In this document: one piece after another, positions 1-9,098 of the stretch
Numbering within the stretch: the first letter of the stretch is position 1
How the letters are laid out: every line of letters starts with the position of its first letter
Assembly: GCA_029210965.1 (NCBI GenBank)
Contig: JARGFZ010000007.1
Location: forward strand, 27,052 to 91,051
Origin: a bacterium
GTDB lineage: Bacteria > BMS3Abin14
DNA length: 64,000 bases
Direction of reading: 5' to 3'
Made by a program: the position numbers and the translations under genes
The notes under the pieces: generated by a model
What the model was told of the DNA's origin: nothing
The model's input: the letters and a program-made list of their open reading frames with translations, nothing else
The model's database searches: none

Positions 1-2
1 AC

Positions 3-101
3 CTCAAGGGGACAATCCCTATAGAAGAGGTGCTTGGCAGGACGACCAATCTCGAGGAGATGAGACAGATGTTGACCCAGGCAGGGATCAATATTGTATG
101 A
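3..101 (+). CDS. 3' end of an upstream gene, possibly the C-terminus of a PilT/PilB-family T4P ATPase (partial)
   Basis: The open frame runs from the window edge to TGA at 99-101 ('...LGRTTNLEEMRQMLTQAGINIV*'). It sits immediately upstream of pilC, as in the Geobacter-type pilB-pilT-pilC-pilS-pilR-pilA arrangement. The fragment is too short for a firm call. Confidence 0.35.
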   Translation, partial: LKGTIPIEEVLGRTTNLEEMRQMLTQAGINIV

Positions 102-167
102 TAAGAAGAGAGGTCAATCGGATGTCCAGCGATGAAGTTAACCTGGTGGTGAACTGGGAGGAGACCC

Positions 168-1376
168 ATGCCTGAGTTCAATTGGGAAGCCACAAGCAGT
201 ACCGGAGACAAGAAAAAAGGCACCATGGAGGCTGCCAGTGCGGAAGCCATACACGCTGCTCTTCGCAGGCAGGGTCTGAACCCAACCAAGGTCAAGGCCA
301 AACCCAAAGAGATCAAGATCAGCATTCCCGGGTTCTCGGATAAGGTAAAGGACAGGGACATCGTCATCTTTACCCGGCAGTTCGCCACCATGATCGACGC
401 CGGGCTGCCCCTGGTCCAGTGTCTTGAGATTCTTTCCAGCCAGGCCGATAACAAGACCCTGGGCAAGACCCTGGAAACGGTTCAGAACGATGTCGAGGCC
501 GGTGCCGCTTACGCCGAGGCCCTGGGAAAACATCCAAAAGTGTTTGATGAACTGTACGTCAATATGGTGGCCGCCGGCGAGACAGGCGGTATCCTGGACA
601 CGATCCTGAACCGGCTGGCCGCTTATATGGAAAAGGCCATGAAGCTGAAGAAGAAGGTCAAATCGGCCATGGTCTACCCCATCACCATCCTGACCGTCGC
701 GGTGGGGGTCATTGCCATCCTCATGATCTTCGTTATTCCCAAGTTCGCCGATATGTTTACCGGCATGGGTGGCGAGCTGCCAGCGATCACGCAAATGGTC
801 ATCGACATGAGCAACTTTGCGGCCAGCTACAAGATACTCTTCATCATCGGGGGTTTTTTCGCATTCAGTTTCCTTTTCAGAACCTACTACGCCACAGATA
901 ATGGCAAGAGGAGGATGGACGGGATCTTCCTCAGGATGCCAGTTATGGGACCCCTTATCCGAAAGGTGTCAGTTGCAAAGTTCACGCGAACCCTGGGAAC
1001 CATGCTGTCCTCCGGAGTCCCCCTGTTGGATGCCCTGGAGATCTGCGCCAAAACAGCAGGCAATAAAGTTGTGGAAGAGGCTGTTTTCAGCACCAGGACA
1101 AGCATCAGCGAGGGTAAGACCATCGCTGATCCTCTCGAGGAAACGGGGGTTTTTCCTCCCATGGTCGTGCAGATGATAAGCGTAGGAGAGGCTACCGGTG
1201 CGCTGGACGCTATGCTTAACAAGATCGCGGATTTTTATGATGACGAAGTGGATACGGCGGTAGAGGCCCTCACCTCTCTCATGGAACCTGTGATGATGGT
1301 ATTTTTGGGCGGCGCCATCGGGTTTGTGGTCATCGCCATGTACCTGCCTATCTTCAAGATGGCCACCCTCGGGTAG
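168..1376 (+). CDS. pilC: Type IV pilus inner-membrane platform protein PilC (GspF family)
   Basis: This is a 402-aa ORF. Its N-terminus ('EAASAEAIHAALRRQGLNPTKV') is PilC-like, and it carries a duplicated GspF-type domain with three predicted TM segments. GGAGGAG lies 5 nt upstream of the ATG, and the next gene is pilS. Confidence 0.9.
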   Translation: MPEFNWEATSSTGDKKKGTMEAASAEAIHAALRRQGLNPTKVKAKPKEIKISIPGFSDKVKDRDIVIFTRQFATMIDAGLPLVQCLEILSSQADNKTLGKTLETVQNDVEAGAAYAEALGKHPKVFDELYVNMVAAGETGGILDTILNRLAAYMEKAMKLKKKVKSAMVYPITILTVAVGVIAILMIFVIPKFADMFTGMGGELPAITQMVIDMSNFAASYKILFIIGGFFAFSFLFRTYYATDNGKRRMDGIFLRMPVMGPLIRKVSVAKFTRTLGTMLSSGVPLLDALEICAKTAGNKVVEEAVFSTRTSISEGKTIADPLEETGVFPPMVVQMISVGEATGALDAMLNKIADFYDDEVDTAVEALTSLMEPVMMVFLGGAIGFVVIAMYLPIFKMATLG

Positions 1377-1384
1377 CCGGATCT

Positions 1385-3058
1385 ATGTTACCGGCTTCCG
1401 GGAGCCACCGTCCCCGAGCCACACTGGAACTTCCACTTTTTCTGAAGATCCTCATGATCTTCAGGGTGTCCACCGTCACTGTGCTGCTGAGTGTGACGGT
1501 GCTCATCCAGCTAAAGGGGAGCCAGGTTCTTTTCTTCGCTCCCCTCTTCACCATCTATCTGATCATCATCGCGGTCTACCTCCTGACCATCTTTTTCGCC
1601 ACCATTTTCAACCAGGTCAGGAACCTGCCCCTCTTCGCTGTTTACCAGGTCGGGACCGACCTTTTCCTTTACACGCTCATTGTGTTCTTTACCGGAGGAC
1701 ACAGCAGTCCATTCCCCTTCCTCTATCTCTTTGCCATCCTCTGGGCCGCGCTGTCCCTGAGGGGAGGCGGTTACTGGACAGCATCCTTCTCTGCCATCCT
1801 CTACGGCGGCATTGTAGACCTTCAGTATTACCGGATCCTCATGCCGCCCTACAGCAGAGAGCTGACAGATATTCTCCTGGTGAACCCGTGGGATATTATC
1901 GGCAGGATATTCCTCCATATTGTCGCCTTTTACGCTGTGGCTTTCCTGGGACACCAGATCGGATACCGTTACCGCTCAGCCAGGGAAGAGCTCAGCGAGA
2001 AGACGGTGGATCTGGAAAAGCTTCAGTCCCTGAGCGACGTTGTTTTCGAGAGTATGACCAGCGGGATCGTTGTTCTTGATGAAAAGGGAATCATCCGCTC
2101 CATGAACTCAGCTTCGGCCCGGATGCTCGGGTTGGAGTGGCCGTCGGCAAAAGGTTTGACGACCTCCCAGATTTTTCATGGCATTCCCATGGAAACTCTC
2201 CTGGAAAAGGCCCCCTACAGTGGGCTTAACAGATGGGAGGGTTCCTTTACCGAAGAGGGCGGGCAGGATCGGATTCTTGGCCTCTCCATCTCACCCCTCC
2301 AGGAACCTGAGCTTGGATATGTGGTGATCTTCACGGACCTTACCGAGCTGAGGAAGATGGAAGACAAACTTCAAATCACAGAGAAGTTGTCGGCCGTAGG
2401 GCGGATGGCGGCAAGTATTGCCCACGAAATACGAAACCCCCTTGCTTCCATGAGCGGTTCCATCCAGATGCTGAAAAAGGACCTTGATCTGGACGGTGAA
2501 GATCTCAAGCTCATGAATATTATCCTGAAGGAGACAGAAAGACTCAACGTCCTGTTGGGGGACTTTCTTGCCTATGCCCGCCCGCCCGCCCCTCATTTCG
2601 AGGATGTAGATCTGCGCGAGATCATCGAGGACGCGGTGAGGCTCCTCCGTAACACCGCTTTGGAGTCTGAACTCAACCTCTTAACCATGCTGCCGGAGGA
2701 AAGGGCCATCCTCTCCGTTGATATGTCCCAGATACACCAGATCATCATGAACCTGGTGAAAAATTCCGCCGAGGCTATCGGCGGAAAAGGTGATATTGTC
2801 ATTTCCCTCACCAGGTCTGGCAATAACCCTGAAGGGGACAGCATCCTCGCCGTGTCAGATAAGGGTCCCGGTATTCCAAAGGAGATCCTGCCCAGGATCT
2901 TCGAGCCGTTCATCACCTCCAAAGTAAGCGGTACAGGGCTGGGACTTGCCATCGTTTACCAGTTGGTGCAGATTCATAAAGGAACTGTGGAAATCCATTC
3001 GGAAGAGGGGCAGGGGACGACGGTATCCGTTCGCCTGGCTCCCTGGAGGGTTCGATGA
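1385..3058 (+). CDS. pilS: Sensor histidine kinase PilS (multi-TM, PAS, HisKA, HATPase_c)
   Basis: The N-terminal roughly 190 aa are polytopic membrane region, followed by a PAS-like region. The H-box is 'AASIAHEIRNPLASMSGS' and the G-box is 'DKGPGIPKEILPRIFEPFITSKVSGTGLGL'. The stop overlaps the pilR start (ATGA). Confidence 0.85.
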   Translation: MLPASGSHRPRATLELPLFLKILMIFRVSTVTVLLSVTVLIQLKGSQVLFFAPLFTIYLIIIAVYLLTIFFATIFNQVRNLPLFAVYQVGTDLFLYTLIVFFTGGHSSPFPFLYLFAILWAALSLRGGGYWTASFSAILYGGIVDLQYYRILMPPYSRELTDILLVNPWDIIGRIFLHIVAFYAVAFLGHQIGYRYRSAREELSEKTVDLEKLQSLSDVVFESMTSGIVVLDEKGIIRSMNSASARMLGLEWPSAKGLTTSQIFHGIPMETLLEKAPYSGLNRWEGSFTEEGGQDRILGLSISPLQEPELGYVVIFTDLTELRKMEDKLQITEKLSAVGRMAASIAHEIRNPLASMSGSIQMLKKDLDLDGEDLKLMNIILKETERLNVLLGDFLAYARPPAPHFEDVDLREIIEDAVRLLRNTALESELNLLTMLPEERAILSVDMSQIHQIIMNLVKNSAEAIGGKGDIVISLTRSGNNPEGDSILAVSDKGPGIPKEILPRIFEPFITSKVSGTGLGLAIVYQLVQIHKGTVEIHSEEGQGTTVSVRLAPWRVR

Positions 3059-4449
3059 AAGGCAGCAAAAAGGGACGGATCATGGTCGTGGATGACGAGC
3101 GGTCCATGAGGGAGATGCTTGAGATCTTTCTGGGCAGGGAGGGGTATGAGGTGGCGGGGTATTCCCTGGCTGGTGATGCCCTCGCTTGCCTTGTTGAGGA
3201 CCAGGGTTTCGATCTTATTATCACCGATATCAACATGCCGGGACTCACCGGTCTGGATCTCCTGAAGTCTGTCAGCCAGTTGGAAAAGGATATCCCTGTC
3301 CTCATGATAACCGCGTACGGTTCTCCTGATTCGGCCGTTGAAGCCATGAAGCTCGGCGCGGTTGACTATATTACCAAGCCGTTCCGCATAGAGGAGATCA
3401 AGGCCCGCATCAGCGCCGCCGTGGAGCGCAGGAAACTGGCTGTGGAGAACGTTGAACTCCACCGTCTTCTCGATCAGCAGTTCGGGTTCGAGAACATTGT
3501 GGGTAAGAGTACGGGGATACAGAGGATATTTGAGATAATCCGCAGGGTCGGCCCCATGGACAGCACGGTGGTTGTCTCCGGTGACAGCGGAACGGGTAAA
3601 GAGCTCATAGCGAGGGCGCTTCATCACCACGCCGGGGGAAGGAAGGGGCCCTTCGTCTCGGTGAACTGCGGCGCCCTGGTGGAGACTCTTCTGGAGAGCG
3701 AACTGTTCGGCCATCGTAAAGGTTCCTTTACAGGAGCCGATTCCGACAGGCGCGGCCTGTTCGAGACCGCAACGGGAGGGACTCTGTTTTTAGACGAGAT
3801 CACGGAGACCTCCACCAGCCTCCAGGTAAAGCTGCTTCGAGCAATTCAGGAGCGGGAGGTGGTCCCTGTGGGCGGCACAACGCCCGTCAATGTTGATGTA
3901 AGGATCATTGTAGCCACGAACCGTGATCTTGCCGGGGAGGTTGAGGCTGGCAGGTTTCGGGAGGACCTTTACTACAGGATCAACGTTATCCACATTCAGA
4001 TCCCGCCCTTAAAGGAGCGCAGCGGAGATATTCCCCTGCTCGTGGAGCATTTCCTGGGTCGTCTGGGGGATCGCCAGGGAAGGACCTTTACCTCAGTCAC
4101 ACCCGAAACCATGAAGCGCCTCGTGGAGTACAGCTACCCCGGGAACGTGCGGGAACTGGAAAACATCGTGGAAAGGGCTGTTGCCCTGGGGGAAGGTGAT
4201 TCCTTCACAATGGACCTTCTTCCAGATGAAGTGCTGCGGGCGCAGGCCAGCAGGAGCTACCCCGAAGTGCCGCTGGGGGAAGGGCAGGACCTCGATTCTC
4301 TTCTGGAAGATTACGAGAGACGGCTCATTGAATCAGCGATCGATCAGACAGGGGGGAACAGGACAAAGGCCGCTGAGGTCCTTGGAGTATCTTTCCGGTC
4401 CCTGCGCTACCGTCTCAAGAAATACGGTTGGGCCGATGAAGAGACGTAA
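3055..4449 (+). CDS. pilR: Sigma-54-dependent response regulator PilR (REC, AAA+ and Fis-type HTH domains)
   Basis: It has a REC domain with conserved Asp ('LIITDINMPG'), a Walker A motif 'GDSGTGKE', the GAFTGA variant 'GSFTGA' and a C-terminal HTH ('KAAEVLGVSFRSLRYRLKKYG'). Confidence 0.9.
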   Translation: MKGSKKGRIMVVDDERSMREMLEIFLGREGYEVAGYSLAGDALACLVEDQGFDLIITDINMPGLTGLDLLKSVSQLEKDIPVLMITAYGSPDSAVEAMKLGAVDYITKPFRIEEIKARISAAVERRKLAVENVELHRLLDQQFGFENIVGKSTGIQRIFEIIRRVGPMDSTVVVSGDSGTGKELIARALHHHAGGRKGPFVSVNCGALVETLLESELFGHRKGSFTGADSDRRGLFETATGGTLFLDEITETSTSLQVKLLRAIQEREVVPVGGTTPVNVDVRIIVATNRDLAGEVEAGRFREDLYYRINVIHIQIPPLKERSGDIPLLVEHFLGRLGDRQGRTFTSVTPETMKRLVEYSYPGNVRELENIVERAVALGEGDSFTMDLLPDEVLRAQASRSYPEVPLGEGQDLDSLLEDYERRLIESAIDQTGGNRTKAAEVLGVSFRSLRYRLKKYGWADEET

Positions 4450-4481
4450 GAGGACACCTTGCTGACACTTTTTGTCACCCG

Positions 4482-4514
4482 AAAAGCCCGGTTTCAATTG
4501 CCGGGCTTTTCTTT
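4482..4514 (+). terminator. Rho-independent terminator after pilR
   Basis: There is a hairpin ('AAAGCCCGG-tttcaattg-CCGGGCTTT') followed by a TCTTT run, 30 nt past the pilR stop. Confidence 0.6.
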
Positions 4515-4583
4515 AATCGAAAAAAATTACATAATTACAGTGGTTTACAGTTGGTAAAGAAATTATTGGCATTTTTTTCGATT

Positions 4584-4599
4584 TGGCACGGCCTATGCA
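4584..4599 (+). promoter_or_regulatory. Sigma-54 (-24/-12) promoter of pilA
   Basis: The sequence is TGGCAC-GGCCT-ATGCA, giving GG-N10-GC spacing that matches the RpoN consensus TGGCAC-N5-TTGCW. It lies about 60 nt upstream of the pilA ATG, and the enhancer-binding protein PilR is encoded immediately upstream. Confidence 0.7.
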
Positions 4600-4657
4600 A
4601 AATACCGGGACAAGAAAACATTTAACCAACAAACCCTTGAAAATGGAGGAGAAAAAA

Positions 4658-5083
4658 ATGTTAATGAAAATGAGAAGTACCCAAAAAGGTTTCACCCTGA
4701 TCGAGCTGATGATCGTTGTGGCGATCATCGGCATCCTGGCGGCTATCGCCATCCCTAACTTCCTTGACCTGAAGGACAAGGCGATCTTCGGTACTGCCAA
4801 GGCCAACGTGGACGTCCTGCGCTCGGTGCTGGCCTCCTACGCTGCCGATTCCCCCACCAACAGGTATCCGACCGCACTCACTTACGCTGACCTCAGTACG
4901 CCGGGAGGACTCCTCCCTGAGGCGAACCTTCCCACCCAACTCACGGACGCCAAGTGGACTACCTTCTCTTATACCAGTCCTAACGGTACGAGCTTCAATA
5001 TCGTAGTGACGGCGAACAACAGGGCCCCGGATCTGATTTACGGATCCCCCTCGGGCATTACGCCCAATGCCTATCCCCACTAA
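4658..5083 (+). CDS. pilA: Major type IVa pilin PilA, 141 aa as a prepilin
   Basis: GGAGGA lies 6 nt upstream of the ATG at 4658. The leader 'MLMKMRSTQKG' is followed by the class III signal 'FTLIELMIVVAIIGILAAIAIPNF', with Gly at -1, Phe at +1 and Glu at +5. The mature protein has no cysteine and a Ser/Thr/Pro-rich C-terminal third. Confidence 0.9.
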   Translation: MLMKMRSTQKGFTLIELMIVVAIIGILAAIAIPNFLDLKDKAIFGTAKANVDVLRSVLASYAADSPTNRYPTALTYADLSTPGGLLPEANLPTQLTDAKWTTFSYTSPNGTSFNIVVTANNRAPDLIYGSPSGITPNAYPH

Positions 5084-5111
5084 TCACCTTCGGGTAGCGT
5101 GAGAGTAAATT

Positions 5112-5152
5112 GAAGGAAGGCGGCGGTCTATACCGCCGCCTTCCTTTTTTTT
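5112..5152 (+). terminator. Rho-independent terminator after pilA
   Basis: A GC-rich hairpin ('GAAGGAAGGCGGCGGT-ctat-ACCGCCGCCTTCCTT') is followed by T8. Confidence 0.75.
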
Positions 5153-5165
5153 CAGGGGTTTTGCC

Positions 5166-6965
5166 ATGGTAAAAGGACGGGGTGTTCCGGTTTTACTTCT
5201 TATATTCGTGCTGGTATTAAGACCCCATATGGCGGGTGGTGCCTACCCCTTTGCTCAGGGGCTTTTTCTGGTCCCGGTCCTTGTGGGGCTTGCCCTGCTT
5301 TTGCTTTCTTCGTTAGCGACCAAAGATATCCCTGAAGGGTACTTCCCGGTATTGCTCCTGCCCTGGAGCCTCCTGCTCTGGTCTCTTATCACTCTTTTCT
5401 GGGCGCCCGACCCGGGGCAGGGATTGAGGGAGATAATTGCTTTTTTTGGAAACCTTACTGTTTTTTTCATGACTTTTCTGCTCATACGTAAAGAGAAGGA
5501 ATTTGAGATCGGATCGCTCCCTGTCCTTGGTTTAATTGTGACCCCTGTTCTTGCAAGCGCTTTTTACCAGCGGGTATTTGGCTTAGGGAAAATCCGTGAA
5601 ACCCTTCGACATTTGGAGACTTCGGGCGAGGATGTGGTCGACCTGGCCCAGATCGTTAGCCAAAACAGGGTGTTCGCTGGTTTTCTCAACCCAAATATGT
5701 TGGCCGGATTTCTGGCCATTGGGGTTTGTTTAACCCTGGATCTACTTCTGACCGCCTCCGACAGGAGACGCTTTCTTTTTTTCACTTTTCTGACGGTGGC
5801 GCAGGGCGCGGTCCTTGTTCTTACCGGATCCATCGGTGGGAGTATGGTTGCTGTGGTCATGGCGGGGGGCGTTCTTTTAGTGCGGCGAAGGTTTAAGCTC
5901 AGGGAGATGGTTCTTGCCGGTGGGGTTGTCGTCCTGATAACGGCTGGACTTCTTGCCATTCGAGGGGAAAATTTCCTGTCTGGTCCTGAAAATTCAATCC
6001 TCCAGCGGGGTGGGTACATGGCCGCAGGAATCCGAATGGCGCTTATCCACCCGGTTCTGGGTTGGGGCTCAGGATCCAGTCCAGGAGCCCTCATGGGTTT
6101 TGTGGCCGAGGGAGTGAGGCCTGTGGCTGACCCTCACAACTTTCTGGTGCGGACCTGGATCTCCTGGGGACTGCCCGGGCTATTATTTCTGGTTGCTTTT
6201 CTGTCCCTGTGGCTTAAGTCTATCGTAGACTTCTTCAGGGTCAAGGGCGTTCGGATGGTTCCTCCGGGATATGCGGGCTTTGTTTTCGGGAGCATGGCCT
6301 TTTTAGGACATAGCCTGCTTGACATGGATTTTTTTGTACCCGAGACAGCGCTATTTGGATGGTGTGTCCTCGGGGCCGCCCTGGGATTGGCTGGCGCTAA
6401 CGATAAGAGTGCCATTACCGGGAAAGCAGAATCCCATAACGGTTTCACTCTTACAATGGGCGCGGTAGCCCTGGTTATGGTCCTGCCCGTGTTCGTTTTT
6501 TTTCAGGGTGAATCCCTCGCTTTTCGCGCCGGCAAGGCCGTAGCGGAAGGTGAGTTTGAGGAGGGAGCTCACCTTTACAAAGACGCAAGGGCCATGCTTC
6601 CCATGAACGGGAGGTTCGCCCTCGATGAAGGTCGTGCCCGATATGCAGCAGGTGAGACGGATCTGGCCAATGAACTCTTCCGGAAGGCAGACTCCCTCAT
6701 GCGGGCCAGTCCCTATCCATCCTGGGAAATAGGGCGTGCGGCCCAGACGGCTGGAAAATGGCAAGGTTCCATCCCTCCACTTGAAACGGCTCTTTTGAGA
6801 TATAAAACCTCGCCGAGAATCAGGATCGATCTTGCGAGGGCGTACCTTAACCTGGGAGATTCCGGCCAGAGCTACAGGCTCCTTGAAGAGGTGCGGCGTA
6901 TGTCAATGTTCGATCCACAGGCCCGGGATCTTGCCGATGAGATCCTTTCGAGAATGGATCTATGA
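5166..6965 (+). CDS. O-antigen ligase (Wzy_C)-like polytopic membrane protein with a C-terminal TPR-like tail, candidate pilin O-oligosaccharyltransferase
   Basis: It has at least 10 TM helices, a periplasmic-loop motif 'DPHNFLVRTWISWGLPG' that resembles the WaaL/PglL/TfpO H-N-x-x-L signature, and a C-terminal soluble TPR-like region ('IDLARAYLNLGDSGQSYRLLEEV'). It lies directly downstream of pilA. Confidence 0.65.
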   Translation: MVKGRGVPVLLLIFVLVLRPHMAGGAYPFAQGLFLVPVLVGLALLLLSSLATKDIPEGYFPVLLLPWSLLLWSLITLFWAPDPGQGLREIIAFFGNLTVFFMTFLLIRKEKEFEIGSLPVLGLIVTPVLASAFYQRVFGLGKIRETLRHLETSGEDVVDLAQIVSQNRVFAGFLNPNMLAGFLAIGVCLTLDLLLTASDRRRFLFFTFLTVAQGAVLVLTGSIGGSMVAVVMAGGVLLVRRRFKLREMVLAGGVVVLITAGLLAIRGENFLSGPENSILQRGGYMAAGIRMALIHPVLGWGSGSSPGALMGFVAEGVRPVADPHNFLVRTWISWGLPGLLFLVAFLSLWLKSIVDFFRVKGVRMVPPGYAGFVFGSMAFLGHSLLDMDFFVPETALFGWCVLGAALGLAGANDKSAITGKAESHNGFTLTMGAVALVMVLPVFVFFQGESLAFRAGKAVAEGEFEEGAHLYKDARAMLPMNGRFALDEGRARYAAGETDLANELFRKADSLMRASPYPSWEIGRAAQTAGKWQGSIPPLETALLRYKTSPRIRIDLARAYLNLGDSGQSYRLLEEVRRMSMFDPQARDLADEILSRMDL

Positions 6966-8839
6966 CCGGTACGGCCCAGCCGCTGGCAAAATCCACCGCA
7001 TTCCTGCCAGAAAAGTCCTTGAGGGCGGTTGATGTCGCTCTGAGCTCCGCTGTGCTTCTCATCCCCTTCATCAGTTGGGGTGAAGTCCCGTGGCTCCTGG
7101 GCCCCTTTGTCCTTCTTGTCGCGGGTGTGCTCCTGGCTGTAATACGGGAAGGATCGATCAGAGGAAGTGTCCAGATCCCTGAGGCCCCTTTCTGGATCCC
7201 GCTTGCCATAGTGTTGGGCCTCTCCCTTAGCCATCTCGTCCGCACTCCGGTACCCTACAGCAGCTTCCTGTTCCTGGTCCACCTGGCCCTTGCGTCGGTA
7301 TTTTTCTACCTTCTCTGGTCGCGGCCAAGGAAGGTGGCCGTTATGGCCATGGTCCTGGTGTGGACCGGCATCCTGGTGACCTGGGTCGCGGTCCAGGCAC
7401 TGGTTCTGGGGATGCGTCCCCCTGCTGGTCCTTTCCCCAACCCCAACTATACAGCGACCGTTCTCCTGGTCTGTCTGGCCATGGCCCTGGGATCTCTCAT
7501 GCCGTCCCGAGAGCGGAAATGGGAAACGGCTGTTATGTTGTCGGCGGCGATGCTCGGTTCCGTCGGCCTCATGCTCATCGGATCGCGATCGGGCGGGCTG
7601 GGGATGATCCTGCTGTGGGCGGGTTATCTCATCTTCAGGAGAGGGCACATGCGCTGGGTGGCGATACTGGTGATTGCCATGATCATCCTTCTTCCCAGCA
7701 CGATCCGGCACCGGGTCACCGAAGGCTACAAGGCCGACCCACACGCCTTTTCCAGGCTCCTGATATGGGGATCGTCCCTCCGGATGGGTGCGGACCACCC
7801 TTTGATCGGTGTGGGCCCCAACCTTTTTTACGAATACGCCCCTGTTTACGCCTTTCCCACTGAGGAACTGCCGGTGCGCTATGGCCGGATCGCCAGAAAA
7901 CCCCACAACGAATACCTGAGGAGCTGGGCCGAGGGGGGTGTCATCGGTGTGATCGGCTTGGGCTTGTTTCTTTTCATTACGCTGCGAATGATGCTCCATT
8001 CGATCAACCTAGGCAGACCGGGACCGGCCCTGGCGGTGGGTATCATCCTTTACCAGGCCCTTTTCCACGATATCACTGAGGTGTTTTCCCTCATGGTGCT
8101 CATGGCCTGGTGTCTCGCGCAGATAACCCCTGAAACTGACCGAACGGTAGAGTCTGGTAATGGACCAAGGCGCTTTATTCCTGTCGCCACAGGTGTGGTG
8201 ATCCTTTGTTTTGCCCTCTGGCTCAACCTGGATCTGGCATCGAGAGCCTTCTGGTTCCAGGGCAAGAGACTTATGGACGTCGACCTGCCGGGTGCGCTCA
8301 AGGCGACGAAGGCTGCCACACTTATAAATCCCCTTCTCCCCGGCGCGTCGAGGGACCTGGCGCAGATCCGCCTGATGATGAGCGACCAGAACACCGATGA
8401 GCAGGAGTTGAGCCGGGTTTTGGCCGCCATTCTCAGGGCCCAGAGCCTCAACCGTCTGGACACCGTGCCCCCCAGACTGCAAGCTGCCATCTACATCAAA
8501 GCGGCCAGGCAGGGTGAAATGAAGGCTGCCGGGGCACTCGCCGCGGCTGCCGGGAAATTGAAGGAGGCTTCGCTTATTGAACCGCACAACGCGCTCATCT
8601 TGCTGAACATGGCTGAGGTGTATTGGGACCTCGGACAGCGTGAAAGGGCTCTGGACCTGCTGGATAATGCCCTGCGTGAAGAACCCAACTACCTTCAAGC
8701 CCACCGGACCAGGATATCCTGGTTGTCAAAACTGGATCCCGGCCGGATAACATGGGCCCAAAGCGAACTGGCAAAGGCAAAGGAAAGGGGGGCAGGGTAT
8801 CGGCCCCAGGGCGATTATGAAGAGATAATACTAAGATAG
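6962..8839 (+). CDS. Second O-antigen ligase (Wzy_C)-like membrane protein with a C-terminal TPR domain
   Basis: It is polytopic and carries the canonical O-antigen-ligase motif 'RKPHNEYLRSWAEGGVIGVIG'. A C-terminal TPR region of about 200 aa is present ('LLNMAEVYWDLGQRERALDLLDNALREEPNY'). Its start overlaps the stop of the previous gene. Confidence 0.7.
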   Translation: MTGTAQPLAKSTAFLPEKSLRAVDVALSSAVLLIPFISWGEVPWLLGPFVLLVAGVLLAVIREGSIRGSVQIPEAPFWIPLAIVLGLSLSHLVRTPVPYSSFLFLVHLALASVFFYLLWSRPRKVAVMAMVLVWTGILVTWVAVQALVLGMRPPAGPFPNPNYTATVLLVCLAMALGSLMPSRERKWETAVMLSAAMLGSVGLMLIGSRSGGLGMILLWAGYLIFRRGHMRWVAILVIAMIILLPSTIRHRVTEGYKADPHAFSRLLIWGSSLRMGADHPLIGVGPNLFYEYAPVYAFPTEELPVRYGRIARKPHNEYLRSWAEGGVIGVIGLGLFLFITLRMMLHSINLGRPGPALAVGIILYQALFHDITEVFSLMVLMAWCLAQITPETDRTVESGNGPRRFIPVATGVVILCFALWLNLDLASRAFWFQGKRLMDVDLPGALKATKAATLINPLLPGASRDLAQIRLMMSDQNTDEQELSRVLAAILRAQSLNRLDTVPPRLQAAIYIKAARQGEMKAAGALAAAAGKLKEASLIEPHNALILLNMAEVYWDLGQRERALDLLDNALREEPNYLQAHRTRISWLSKLDPGRITWAQSELAKAKERGAGYRPQGDYEEIILR

Positions 8840-8873
8840 TTTCGGGTTTCATGTTTCAGGTTTCAAGTTTGAC
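8839..8873. repeat. Heptamer tandem repeat (GTTTCNN) x5
   Basis: The sequence reads GTTTCGG GTTTCAT GTTTCAG GTTTCAA GTTTGAC. It starts at the stop of the second ligase-like gene and runs into repeat-element copy 1. Confidence 0.6.
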
Positions 8874-9029
8874 AGGGTCGCAAAAAGTCCATCATTGGCT
8901 TTTTGCTCCTCGGAAAGCGAAAAGTGTCATTTTCCCTTTCCTTACAAATAAGTGACTTACACCCGCAGTCATTGATTTGGGCGCCCATACGGGGCGCTTT
9001 GCTGGACTTTTTGCGAGTCCATCAAGTTT
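8867..9029 (+). repeat. Copy 1 of a roughly 165-bp multi-hairpin intergenic repeat element
   Basis: It is about 85% identical to 14802..14966 in the same orientation. It begins 'GTTTGACAGGGTCGCAAAAAGTCC...' and contains several internal palindromes ('GCAAAAAGTCC-loop-GGACTTTTTGC', 'GGAAAGnGAAAAG...TTTTCCCTTTCC', 'GGGCGCCC...GGGGCGC', 'GACTTTTTGCGAGTC'). Confidence 0.75.
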
Positions 9030-9062
9030 TGGGCTTCAAAATACAATATCCAGGATCAAAGA

Positions 9063-9098
9063 ACCAGGATCTAAAAATGTATCATCCTGGATTTTTTT
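9063..9098 (+). terminator. Candidate rho-independent terminator downstream of the ligase-like genes and repeat copy 1
   Basis: The stem 'CCAGGAT/ATCCTGG' is followed by T7 ('...ATCCTGGATTTTTTTAT'). Confidence 0.45.

Noticed and set aside
138-794. 218-aa minus-strand ORF opposite pilC; also 2974..3714(-), 19061..19774(-), 25597..26307(-), 33376..34119(-) and 22874..23569(-)
   Set aside because: All are antisense to genes with clear family motifs. High GC produces long open frames by chance.
1324-2079. 251-aa ORF in an alternative frame overlapping pilS
   Set aside because: It is an out-of-frame overlap with the pilS membrane domain. It is Pro/Arg/His-rich and not coding-like.
6872-7999. 375-aa minus-strand ORF antisense to the second ligase-like gene
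   Set aside because: Its composition is Arg/Gly/His-rich and low-complexity, typical of a high-GC antisense shadow ORF. It has no ribosome-binding site or recognisable domain, and it fully overlaps a well-supported membrane-protein gene.
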